A stretch of 38,087 nucleotides of DNA from Candidatus Atribacteria bacterium (GTDB lineage Bacteria > Bacillota > Clostridia > Caldicoprobacterales > UBA3941), in assembly GCA_041686815.1 (NCBI GenBank), contig JAWLDD010000001.1:1979-40065 (forward strand). The letters are read 5' to 3'. Positions 9,015-17,333 of the stretch are shown piece by piece. How positions within the stretch are numbered: position 1 is the stretch's first letter; each line of letters opens with the position of its first letter. Under the pieces are notes generated by a model. That model searched no databases, was not told where the DNA came from, and saw only the letters and a list, made by a program, of their open reading frames with translations. A program made the translations under genes and the position numbers.

Positions 9015-9342
9015 TTCTTTTCACCTCACAATCGAATAACACTTGTCCATTATACTATTTTTAAATCCATTTATCAATGAATCTAAAAACCATGTCAGTA
9101 AAATTTTATCATTTCGTAATATTTTCAGAAAACTGTAGATAATAAAATCCATCGGGAAATGCCCAATTTGCCAAGTACTGTGGTATAATTATAGCCATAT
9201 AATATTTTTTTATATATAATTTTCAATTAATTTCTATTTTATGGACTATCCATATAATAATATAGCTGTGTCAGGTAAATTATGACCTATAAATACATAT
9301 AAAGCTATAATAAAACTTGTAATAAAAGAAAGGATAATCTAT

Positions 9343-11001
9343 ATGGATATAAGAAAAGCGATGAAGGAAAGGGTATTATTTTTTGACGGGGGCATGGGCA
9401 CTATGGTGCAGCGTGCAGGGCTGAAGGCAGGACAGCAGCCTGAGGTCTACAATATGATTCATCCTGAGATAATTACTTCAATACATAAGGCATATGTGGA
9501 GGCAGGATCCGATATTATAACTACCAACACCTTTGGCGCAAATGAATATAAGCTTCAGGGAACAGGGTATACCGTGGAGGAGATAGTTGAGCGAGGGGTT
9601 TCTTTGGCGCGTAAAGCAGTAGGTGATGGATGGGTAGCACTAGATATTGGCCCCATTGGCCAGCTTATGGAGCCCAATGGCACTTTGTCCTTTGACGATG
9701 TATACAGATCAGTTGCTAGACAGGTAAAGGCAGGTGTCAAGGCAGGAGCTGATCTAGTTATAATTGAAACCATAGCCGATCTCTATGAAATGAAAGCAGC
9801 GGTTTTGGCAATAAAGGAAAACTCCTCTTTGCCAGTATTTTGCACCCTAACCTATGGGGACAGTGGAAGAACCATGATGGGTACCGACCCATTGACAGCG
9901 GTCAATGTTTTGGAAGGGCTGGGTGTAGATGCAGTGGGAGCTAATTGTTCCCTAGGACCTAAGGAGCTTATGCCAATTGTGGATCAAATCTTAAAGTATG
10001 CTCACATACCAGTAATAATCCAACCAAACGCTGGACTTCCAAGGCTGGAAAATGGCCAAACGGTCTTTGCTACCAGTGCCAAGGAATTTGCCACCTATGC
10101 AGCCCAAATGGTAAGAAAGGGAGTTCGTATCATAGGCGGCTGCTGTGGAACCAGCCCGGAATTTATAGAAGAGTTAAGGGCGAATATCCAAGATATAGTT
10201 CATAGACCTCTAGAGGTTTCTGCTAAAACCGAGAGAATAACCGCTCTATCCTCATCATCAAACACTGTAATAATGGGCGATGGTATTAAAGTAGTAGGTG
10301 GGAGGATAAATCCTAAAGGCAGTGAATCCATAAAAAAAGCCCTAGAAGAGCAGGATTATGATGAGATTATATCCGAAGCCATAGAGCAAAAGATGGCAGG
10401 TGCCCATATAATAGACATAAGCGTGGAATTAGCGGATGTTGATAAGAAGGATGTAATGTCAAGACTGATCCGTGAGCTTCAGGTAATGGTAAATGCTCCA
10501 CTTGAGATAAGCAGTACCGATCCGGAAGTCATCGAAGCTGGAGTACGGCACTACAACGGTAAGCCAATGATAAATGCAGTAACAGGAGAGAAGTTTTCCA
10601 TGGAATCCATATTTCCCATTGCCAAGAAATATGGAGCATGTGTGGTTGGATTGACAATGGATGAAAAGGGGATTCCGGAAACAGTTGAAGGAAGGCTGGG
10701 CATTGCGCAGCGTATAGTAGATACAGCATTGGAATATGGTATCTCCAAAGAAGATATACTGATTGATCCTTTGATTTTAGCTTCACCTTCAAACCAAAAT
10801 ATAGATATGGAAGTTATAGAGTCTATAAAGCAGATTAAAGTTCAACTTGGCGTAAAGATTATACTGGGAGCGGGAGAAGGTCTATACCAGTTGGCACAGC
10901 CTGACTTAACCCCTGACTTATTGGCGAGGGCTTTGGAGGAAGGATTAGAGGCAGTTGTTCTAGATCCTCTGGATGACAGTGTAATGGAGATAATAGAATA
11001 G
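9343..11001 (+). CDS. Two-domain MetH-like protein: homocysteine S-methyltransferase domain plus pterin-binding domain, with no cobalamin-binding module
   Basis: The N-terminal half carries Hcy-binding motifs (FDGGMGT, ITTNTFGAN, GANCSLGP, GGCCGT). The C-terminal half resembles the MetH/DHPS-like pterin-binding barrel (GGRINPKGS, IIDISV, PLEISSTDPEVIEAG, INAVTGE, VVGLTMDEKG). The protein ends at 552 aa. Confidence 0.8.
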   Translation: MDIRKAMKERVLFFDGGMGTMVQRAGLKAGQQPEVYNMIHPEIITSIHKAYVEAGSDIITTNTFGANEYKLQGTGYTVEEIVERGVSLARKAVGDGWVALDIGPIGQLMEPNGTLSFDDVYRSVARQVKAGVKAGADLVIIETIADLYEMKAAVLAIKENSSLPVFCTLTYGDSGRTMMGTDPLTAVNVLEGLGVDAVGANCSLGPKELMPIVDQILKYAHIPVIIQPNAGLPRLENGQTVFATSAKEFATYAAQMVRKGVRIIGGCCGTSPEFIEELRANIQDIVHRPLEVSAKTERITALSSSSNTVIMGDGIKVVGGRINPKGSESIKKALEEQDYDEIISEAIEQKMAGAHIIDISVELADVDKKDVMSRLIRELQVMVNAPLEISSTDPEVIEAGVRHYNGKPMINAVTGEKFSMESIFPIAKKYGACVVGLTMDEKGIPETVEGRLGIAQRIVDTALEYGISKEDILIDPLILASPSNQNIDMEVIESIKQIKVQLGVKIILGAGEGLYQLAQPDLTPDLLARALEEGLEAVVLDPLDDSVMEIIE

Positions 11002-11020
11002 ATTTTTCATAAAAGAAAAA

Positions 11021-11062
11021 CTAGAGTGGCAGCAGGACTATTTCTTGCTGCTCTCTAGTTTT
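11021..11062. terminator. Bidirectional terminator hairpin overlapping the 3' end of nrdG
   Basis: CTAGAGTGGCAGCA (11021-11034) pairs with TGCTGCTCTCTAG (11046-11058). TTTT follows on the plus strand and the A-run AAAAGAAAAA precedes it. Confidence 0.6.
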
Positions 11063-11530
11063 ATTCATATCAATAATACGTTGGTTCTCTGAACCCCGAA
11101 AGGGAAGGAGGAGATTTTTCTTTTCAATCTCAAATCTCCCATCTACCAGGATATCCGTTATGTCCAGCAATGATTCCCAACCATTGTTTTCGTTGGACTC
11201 TTTCAGAAGGGATTCATAGGTATACCCTGTATAGGTCATAATATTCAGGCCAAGATCTTTTAGCTTTTTCCCTAATACAGCAAAAGCCTTGGCTTGAGAA
11301 AAGGGTTCACCACCACTGAATGTAACCCCATCCAGTAGTGGATTCTTTCGCACTTCACCGATAATATCATCTATGGAAATAAAAGTGCCACCTTCAAAGG
11401 GATGGGTTTGAGGGTTATGACAGCCCATACATCGATGAGGGCAACCCTGTGCAAAGACCACCAATCTGATGCCAGGACCGTCTACTATGGATTCGTTTAT
11501 AATGCCGGCTATTCTAATAAAATTATCCAA
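11021..11530 (-). CDS. nrdG: Anaerobic ribonucleoside-triphosphate reductase activating protein (radical SAM)
   Basis: It has the GPGIRLVVFAQGCPHRCMGCHNP cluster motif and lies directly downstream of nrdD. The start is TTG. Confidence 0.9.
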   Translation of the reverse strand: MDNFIRIAGIINESIVDGPGIRLVVFAQGCPHRCMGCHNPQTHPFEGGTFISIDDIIGEVRKNPLLDGVTFSGGEPFSQAKAFAVLGKKLKDLGLNIMTYTGYTYESLLKESNENNGWESLLDITDILVDGRFEIEKKNLLLPFRGSENQRIIDMNKTREQQEIVLLPL

Positions 11531-11607
11531 GATCCATCCCTACCTTAGTTTATTGTTTGTCTGGTTCCGTTCTTAGCAAAGCTATAAATACTTAATTTTA
11601 TATTTGC

Positions 11608-13947
11608 TTAATTTTCAACTTGTGGCTTCTGGAAGCTAAAATGCTTAACTCGGTCACGCTCTTCAGCTCTTTTAGCGTTGTTAAATTGTTCAATGGTACC
11701 CACCAAATATCCAGTGATTCGGCGAATCCTTTCGAACTTGATATCCCCCTCTTCCCGACCGCAGGAAGGACAGGTGTTTCCTATTATACCAGTGTATCCA
11801 CATACAGGATCCCTATCTACAGGATGGTTTATAGATCCGTACCCAACTCCTGCCTCCTTCATAGCCCTCACAATCTTTTCAAAGGCCTCTAGGTTTTGGA
11901 GGGGATCTCCATCCAGTTCAATGTAGGTGATGTGACCTGCATTGGTGAACTCATGATAGGGTGATTCCAGCCTGATCTTATCAAAAGCACTGATGTTGTA
12001 ATATACTGGAACATGGAAACTATTGGTATAGTATTCTCGATCCGTTACACCGGGTATATTGCCAAAGATGTCACGATCCATCTTTACAAATCTGCCAGCA
12101 GTACCTTCGGCAGGAGTAGCTAGAAGGGTAAAGTTCAGTTTCAATGACTGGCTGACTTCATCCATCCTCTTGCGCATATGGCTGATAATCTTTAACCCTA
12201 ACTCCTGAGCACGCTCTGATTCTCCATGATGTTGGCCAATAAGGGCCTTTAGGCATTCGGCTAAGCCAATAAAGCCCATGGATAGGGTACCGTGCTTCAA
12301 TACTTCTCGGATCTCATCATCATAACCTAGCTTATCGGAATCCAGCCATATATGCTGTCCCATTAGGAAGGGGAAGTTTTTGACCTTCTTCTTAGCCTGT
12401 ATCTCAAAACGCTCCAATAGCTGTTCTACAACCAGAGCTATCTTTTCATCCAACTCTTCAAAGAAACCGGGGATGTCATCTCTGTGCTTCAAACCCAATC
12501 GAGGGAGATTGATGGTAGTGAAGCTTAGATTACCCCTACCATAGATGATCTCTTGGGATGGATCGTACACATTTCCGACCACCCTAGTTCTACATCCCAT
12601 ATATGCAATCTCCGTTTCAGGACACCCTGGCTTATAGTACTTAAGGTTAAAAGGCGCATCCAAAAAGGAGAAATTGGGGAAAAGCCGTTTTGCACTTACC
12701 CTGCAAGCAAGCTTAAACAAGTCATAGTTGGGATCACCGGGATTGTAGTTTACTCCTTCTTTGATCTTGAATATATGTATTGGGAATATAGGCGTTTCGC
12801 CATTCCCCAAGCCCGCTTCTGCAGCCAACAGCAGATTTTTTATGACAATTCTGCCTTCGGGGGAGGTATCGGTTCCGTAGTTTATGGAGCTAAAGGGTAT
12901 CTGAGCTCCAGCTCGGCTATGCATGGTATTTAGATTGTGAATTAAAGCTTCCATAGCTTGGTAGGTTTCACGATCAATTTCCTTAAGGGCTTTGCTCTTT
13001 GCAAATCTTTGAGATTTCTCTATTAAGGCTCTGTCTCCAAATATCTGTTCCAATAGCCGAGCTTCCAACTCAAGATATTTGTCATCGCCTTCCATCCTAG
13101 GTATTAAATTATGTTCCCGCTCAATTTTGTCAAAGACAGAATTTACAAGAGCTTGGTCATATTCTTCCTGGCACAGCAACTCCAGTGATTTGAATAGATT
13201 TTGTGTATATAGTTTTTTAAAGGATTTAATTACACCCGGAGCCATGCCATAGTCAAAATTTGGGATGCTTTGGCCCCCATGTTGGTCATTTTGATTGGAC
13301 TGTATGGCTATACAGGCAAGAGCCGAATAGCTTTGAATGCTCTTGGGTTCTCTTAGATAGCCATGGCCTGTACTAAATCCTCCTTTAAAGAGCTTCTCGA
13401 TATCGATTTGGCAGCAGGTAGTTGTCAAGGTTAAAAAATCTAAATCATGTATATGTATATCTCCTGCTTTATGGGCAGCTGAATGATCTGGGTTGAGCAC
13501 AAACATATCATAAAACTGCTTAGCGCTCTCCGAGCCATATTTTAACATCGTGCCCATGGCAGTATCGCCGTTTATATTGGCATTCTCACGCTTTAAGTCA
13601 AGATCCTTTGCATCTTTGAAGGTAAGATCTTCTAATACCTTCATGAGCCGGGTATTCATTTCCCTTATTCTAGTTCTTTCAGCACGATAGAGAATATAAG
13701 TTTTGGCTGTCGTTGCATGGCCGTTTTCAATCAGTACTTTCTCGACTGTATCCTGTATGTCCTCTACTGTGGGAATCTCATCGCCCATCTTTTGATTTAG
13801 GATACTCGCAACTTCATATGCCAGCTCTGTGGCCATATTGTAATCATTACCGCCAATAGCTGAGGCAGCTTTAAATATAGCGTTTGATATCTTTTCTAAA
13901 TTGAATGGTACTTCACGACCATCCCTTTTTTTGATCTTAGTAATCAA
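11608..13947 (-). CDS. nrdD: Anaerobic ribonucleoside-triphosphate reductase (class III)
   Basis: It has an N-terminal ATP-cone (KRDGREVPFNLEKI), a C-terminal Zn ribbon (CPSCG) and the glycyl-radical motif RRITGYL. The TTG start follows GGGGGA. Confidence 0.95.
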   Translation of the reverse strand: MITKIKKRDGREVPFNLEKISNAIFKAASAIGGNDYNMATELAYEVASILNQKMGDEIPTVEDIQDTVEKVLIENGHATTAKTYILYRAERTRIREMNTRLMKVLEDLTFKDAKDLDLKRENANINGDTAMGTMLKYGSESAKQFYDMFVLNPDHSAAHKAGDIHIHDLDFLTLTTTCCQIDIEKLFKGGFSTGHGYLREPKSIQSYSALACIAIQSNQNDQHGGQSIPNFDYGMAPGVIKSFKKLYTQNLFKSLELLCQEEYDQALVNSVFDKIEREHNLIPRMEGDDKYLELEARLLEQIFGDRALIEKSQRFAKSKALKEIDRETYQAMEALIHNLNTMHSRAGAQIPFSSINYGTDTSPEGRIVIKNLLLAAEAGLGNGETPIFPIHIFKIKEGVNYNPGDPNYDLFKLACRVSAKRLFPNFSFLDAPFNLKYYKPGCPETEIAYMGCRTRVVGNVYDPSQEIIYGRGNLSFTTINLPRLGLKHRDDIPGFFEELDEKIALVVEQLLERFEIQAKKKVKNFPFLMGQHIWLDSDKLGYDDEIREVLKHGTLSMGFIGLAECLKALIGQHHGESERAQELGLKIISHMRKRMDEVSQSLKLNFTLLATPAEGTAGRFVKMDRDIFGNIPGVTDREYYTNSFHVPVYYNISAFDKIRLESPYHEFTNAGHITYIELDGDPLQNLEAFEKIVRAMKEAGVGYGSINHPVDRDPVCGYTGIIGNTCPSCGREEGDIKFERIRRITGYLVGTIEQFNNAKRAEERDRVKHFSFQKPQVEN

Positions 13948-13985
13948 ATTTCTTCCCCCTTCGACAGCTTATCTTTTCATAGATA

Positions 13986-14014
13986 ATTTTACCACACACT
14001 ACTTATAGCTGCAA
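13986..14014 (-). promoter_or_regulatory. Candidate sigma-A promoter of nrdDG
   Basis: On the minus strand, TTGCAG (14009-14014) is followed by a 17-nt spacer and TAAAAT (13986-13991). Confidence 0.55.
13996..14011 (-). promoter_or_regulatory. NrdR box 1 (degenerate), overlapping the promoter spacer and -35
   Basis: The minus strand reads CAGCTATAAGTAGTGT, which is 11/16 to the NrdR consensus ACACwAtATaTwGTGT. Its centre is 31 bp from box 2. Confidence 0.5.
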
Positions 14015-14026
14015 ATAGGACTTATG

Positions 14027-14042
14027 GCACAATATATAGTGT
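14027..14042 (-). promoter_or_regulatory. NrdR box 2 (near-consensus)
   Basis: The minus strand reads ACACTATATATTGTGC, which matches the NrdR palindrome at 15/16 positions. Confidence 0.75.
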
Positions 14043-14105
14043 AGAACTCCAAATTTCCAGTCTATTGCATTATAGCTTCGGTTTATTAAGTCAATGGCAG
14101 AATTG

Positions 14106-15314
14106 CTAAAAACCGACAAAATGCCGCATTAGAGAATGACCTTCTTGAATGAATATGCCTGTTTTCCGAGCTTCAAATTCATCGTATCCCGATACCAGAT
14201 TTTTATTGGAATTACCATTTTGGTAGATGATATAGGGAACAGGTTCCGATGTATGAGTCCTAAGTTCCAGGGGAGTAGGGTGGTCTGGCAAAATCATTAT
14301 CTTATAATCTTTGTACTTGTCCAATCCCTTTAAAAGGGTTCCCATTACTAATTGATCAATTAATTCTATAGATCTAACTTTATTCTCAACTTCCCTGCGA
14401 TGCCCACATTCATCGGGAGCCTCTATATGTATATACACAAAATCCTGTCCTAACTCCAATTCCTCTAGGGCAGCTTCAGCCTTTCCTACAAAATTGGTAT
14501 CAATATTTCCGGTAGCACCACGGACTTCTACAGCTTTAAGTCCTGCGCATATCCCAATCCCCTTTATCAGATCAACAGCGGATATAACCGAACCTCTGAT
14601 ACCATAGGTATCCACGAAGGAAGGCAATGAAGGTTTTCGGCCCTCTCCCCACAACCATATGGAATTAGCGGGGCACAAACCTCTAGATTTTCTAGCCTTA
14701 TTTATGGGATGGTCTTTTAGTATAGTATAACTGGCTTTCATCATCTCCAAAAGGTTTTTGTTTTTTTGTCCCTGTGGCAAGGAATTAGCAACTATTTTGT
14801 CTAATATATTATGGGGAGGGGTTAGCCTAAGGTCATCTAGACCATTAGCCCATACCATACAATGCCTATAGCTCACCCCGGGGAAGAAGGAGAAGGTAGG
14901 ACTGTTAAAATGCTCTTGTATTACCCCTATTAGCTCTCTAGCCTCTTCCGTTGTTATCTCATCTGCACTATAATCCAGCATCCTCTTATTATGGTATCCT
15001 TCATCATCTGATAGGGTGACCAGATTGCAGCGGAGAGTAACATCGGTGTCCTTTAATTGGATGCCCATGCTGATGGCTTCGAGTGGAGAGCGACCGGTAT
15101 AATATAACCGCGGGTTAAACCCCATGACAGATAGGTTGGCAACGTCACTGCCAGGAGACATATCTTCGGGTATGGTATTGACTAGACCCACTTCTCCCAT
15201 TCGGGCTAAGCGGTCAATGTTAGGTTTGTTAGCACATTGCAAGGGGGTTTTATTACCTAGCTGGGGTACAGGGATATCTGCCATTCCATCCCCCAGAACG
15301 ACTATGTATTTCAT
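14106..15314 (-). CDS. ApgM-family cofactor-independent phosphoglycerate mutase homolog (alkaline-phosphatase superfamily)
   Basis: MKYIVVLGDGMAD..., HIEAPDECGH and ILPDHPTP are typical of the archaeal-type iPGM / proposed homoserine kinase family. I chose the ATG at 15314, after AAGGA. Confidence 0.85.
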   Translation of the reverse strand: MKYIVVLGDGMADIPVPQLGNKTPLQCANKPNIDRLARMGEVGLVNTIPEDMSPGSDVANLSVMGFNPRLYYTGRSPLEAISMGIQLKDTDVTLRCNLVTLSDDEGYHNKRMLDYSADEITTEEARELIGVIQEHFNSPTFSFFPGVSYRHCMVWANGLDDLRLTPPHNILDKIVANSLPQGQKNKNLLEMMKASYTILKDHPINKARKSRGLCPANSIWLWGEGRKPSLPSFVDTYGIRGSVISAVDLIKGIGICAGLKAVEVRGATGNIDTNFVGKAEAALEELELGQDFVYIHIEAPDECGHRREVENKVRSIELIDQLVMGTLLKGLDKYKDYKIMILPDHPTPLELRTHTSEPVPYIIYQNGNSNKNLVSGYDEFEARKTGIFIQEGHSLMRHFVGF

Positions 15315-15531
15315 ACTTCTCATTCCTTTGCTATGGGTAAGTAACATATATATCAAATACTATAACAAAAGGCTTGGCGTTGTCTATAGTTATTAGAATA
15401 TAAAAGTAGAATTAAAGCTTGGATATAACATATAACAATTTTCTAGGAATAGGCAGAATTATATTGCTTATGGATTAGGGTACAGATGTATAATTATAAT
15501 GGAAACATGTTAGAAGGGCAGGTAGAAGGAA

Positions 15532-17067
15532 ATGACCAATAAAAATCTTATTTTAACCTATGATATTGGTACCACAGGTAATAAGTGTTCAGTATTTGAT
15601 GAAAAGGGACAAAAGATGTTTTCAGTAGTGGTTGGCTATGAAACCATTTATCCCCAACCGGGATGGTCAGAACAGCGTCCCCAGGATTTTTGGTCCAGTG
15701 TGATACAAGGAACCAAAATGTTAATAGATGATTTGGGCATGGATCCGAAGGATGTAGCAGTCATTGGTCTGAGCGGTCATATGAATGGATGTTTACCTAT
15801 AGATGGTCAAGGCCAGGTTCTTTTCAACAATATCATCCACTCAGATTGTAGAACCGGTGACCAATGCAGAAAAATCTCGGAGATTTATAGTAATGAATAC
15901 GTATATAACATCACTGGAAATCGGATAGATCCCCATTATACCCTACCCAAAATACTTTGGTTAAAAGAGCATTATCCCGAGGTCTACGATAAAACCGCAT
16001 ATTTTTTGAATACTAAGGACTATATAGCTTATATGCTAACGGGCAACCTAGGTATTACCGATTATTCCGATGCATCTCTTACCTGTTTACTGGATATCAA
16101 AGCTAAGAAATGGTCCAGGGAACTGGTGGAGGGCCTTGACATTGATATAAGCAAACTGCCCCAACCAATGCGATCTCACGATATAGCAGGCAGGCTTTCA
16201 AAAGAGGCAGCCTCACTATTAGGCCTGAGGGCAGGTATACCAGTAGTTGTAGGAGGCGGAGATGGAGCTTGTGCTACCAAAGGATCAGGAGTAACAAGAG
16301 AAGGTATGGCTTACAATTACATAGGTAGCAGCTCCTGGATATCCACCATGAGCAAGTACCCTGTCCTGGATGACCAAGCTAGGATCTTTAATTTTTGTGA
16401 TTTGGACGGAATTCACTACAATGTAACGGGAACAGTTCAATGTGCCACCATCGCCTATGACTGGGTAGTGGAAAACTTAGGAATGCATGAAATGGAATTA
16501 GCAAGGAGGGATGATCAAAGTATCTTCCAACTGATTCAGGGACTAGCAGAGGATTCACCCATTGGATCAAGAGGTGTATTCTTCCTTCCTTTTTTGATGG
16601 GAGAGAGAACTCCATATTGGGACGAGAATACCAAAGGTGGATTTATTGGCTTTACTCTATTCCATGACAGAAAGGACCTGTTTAGATCGGTATATGAGGG
16701 CATTTCCTATGCTTTAAGATCAGTTTTGGATGTCTTTGAAGAAAATCAGCTTTATGTAGAGGAACTAAATTTAATCGGTGGAGGAGCTAAGAGCTCTTTA
16801 TGGAACGAGATTATGTGCAATGTATACAATAAACCATTATCAGTACATGCTCATCCAGGTGAGGCTACTTCACTGGGCACAGCTATAGCTGCTGGTGTGG
16901 GTGTAGGAATATTTAAGAGCTATGATGATGCAGGAGATATAATCCGTTTCAACCGGAGGTTGGAACCAGATACAGAAGCTGTAGCCCAATACAAAAAATA
17001 CTATGGTGTTTATAAGATGATGTATCCCTCATTAAAATCCGTTTATGAAGCCATGGCACAATTATGA
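15532..17067 (+). CDS. FGGY-family carbohydrate kinase (xylulokinase-like, substrate unknown)
   Basis: YDIGTTGNK, GGGDGACA, FLPFLMGERTPYWD and IGGGAKSSLWNEIM are FGGY N- and C-domain motifs. Confidence 0.85.
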   Translation: MTNKNLILTYDIGTTGNKCSVFDEKGQKMFSVVVGYETIYPQPGWSEQRPQDFWSSVIQGTKMLIDDLGMDPKDVAVIGLSGHMNGCLPIDGQGQVLFNNIIHSDCRTGDQCRKISEIYSNEYVYNITGNRIDPHYTLPKILWLKEHYPEVYDKTAYFLNTKDYIAYMLTGNLGITDYSDASLTCLLDIKAKKWSRELVEGLDIDISKLPQPMRSHDIAGRLSKEAASLLGLRAGIPVVVGGGDGACATKGSGVTREGMAYNYIGSSSWISTMSKYPVLDDQARIFNFCDLDGIHYNVTGTVQCATIAYDWVVENLGMHEMELARRDDQSIFQLIQGLAEDSPIGSRGVFFLPFLMGERTPYWDENTKGGFIGFTLFHDRKDLFRSVYEGISYALRSVLDVFEENQLYVEELNLIGGGAKSSLWNEIMCNVYNKPLSVHAHPGEATSLGTAIAAGVGVGIFKSYDDAGDIIRFNRRLEPDTEAVAQYKKYYGVYKMMYPSLKSVYEAMAQL

Positions 17068-17117
17068 GACAGGGGGAGACAGGGGGAGACAGGGGGACGT
17101 TTCCCTTGTCTCTTTTT
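17067..17117 (+). repeat. REP-like unit copy 1, preceded by its 5' arm repeated in tandem; doubles as a terminator
   Basis: AGACAGGGGG occurs three times in tandem (17067-17096). The 23-nt unit GACAGGGGGACGTTTCCCTTGTC (17088-17110) forms a hairpin and is followed by TCTTTTT. The unit recurs at 20156 and, inverted, at 21739. Confidence 0.8.
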
Positions 17118-17134
17118 CGTGGAGAAACAATCCA

Positions 17135-17162
17135 TTGACAATATAGAATTTAGTATTAGAAT
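17135..17162 (+). promoter_or_regulatory. Candidate sigma-A promoter of trkAH
   Basis: TTGACA (17135-17140) is followed by a 16-nt spacer and TAGAAT (17157-17162). The 16-bp palindrome TAGTATTAGAATACTA (17151-17166) overlaps the -10. Confidence 0.45.
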
Positions 17163-17333
17163 ACTAATATACATCAATACATTGACTATAAAAGCGTATA
17201 GGATTTGAGTGAAAATATTAATATAAATGTTTTTCATCTTTATTGGTTTCATCTGCTATAGGCAAGTGTAAAGATTTTGTATACTATTGGCTCGATGTAG
17301 TGATGTTTAGGATAATTAAAGGGGATCGGTAAA

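Noticed and set aside
9015-9342. SAM-I riboswitch, T-box or small gene in the 328-bp murC / metH-like intergenic region
   Set aside because: I found no S-box core, T-box specifier or AGGGUGGNACCGCG-type sequence. The only small ORF (MNLKTMSVKF..., 21 aa) lacks an SD. I treat the region as an AT-rich divergent promoter region.
17067-17096. Tandem AGACAGGGGG repeats, considered as a possible CRISPR or mini-array
   Set aside because: The units are 10 nt long and directly abutting, with no spacers, and there are only 2-3 of them. They are iterations of the REP hairpin 5' arm, not a CRISPR array. No cas genes are in the window.
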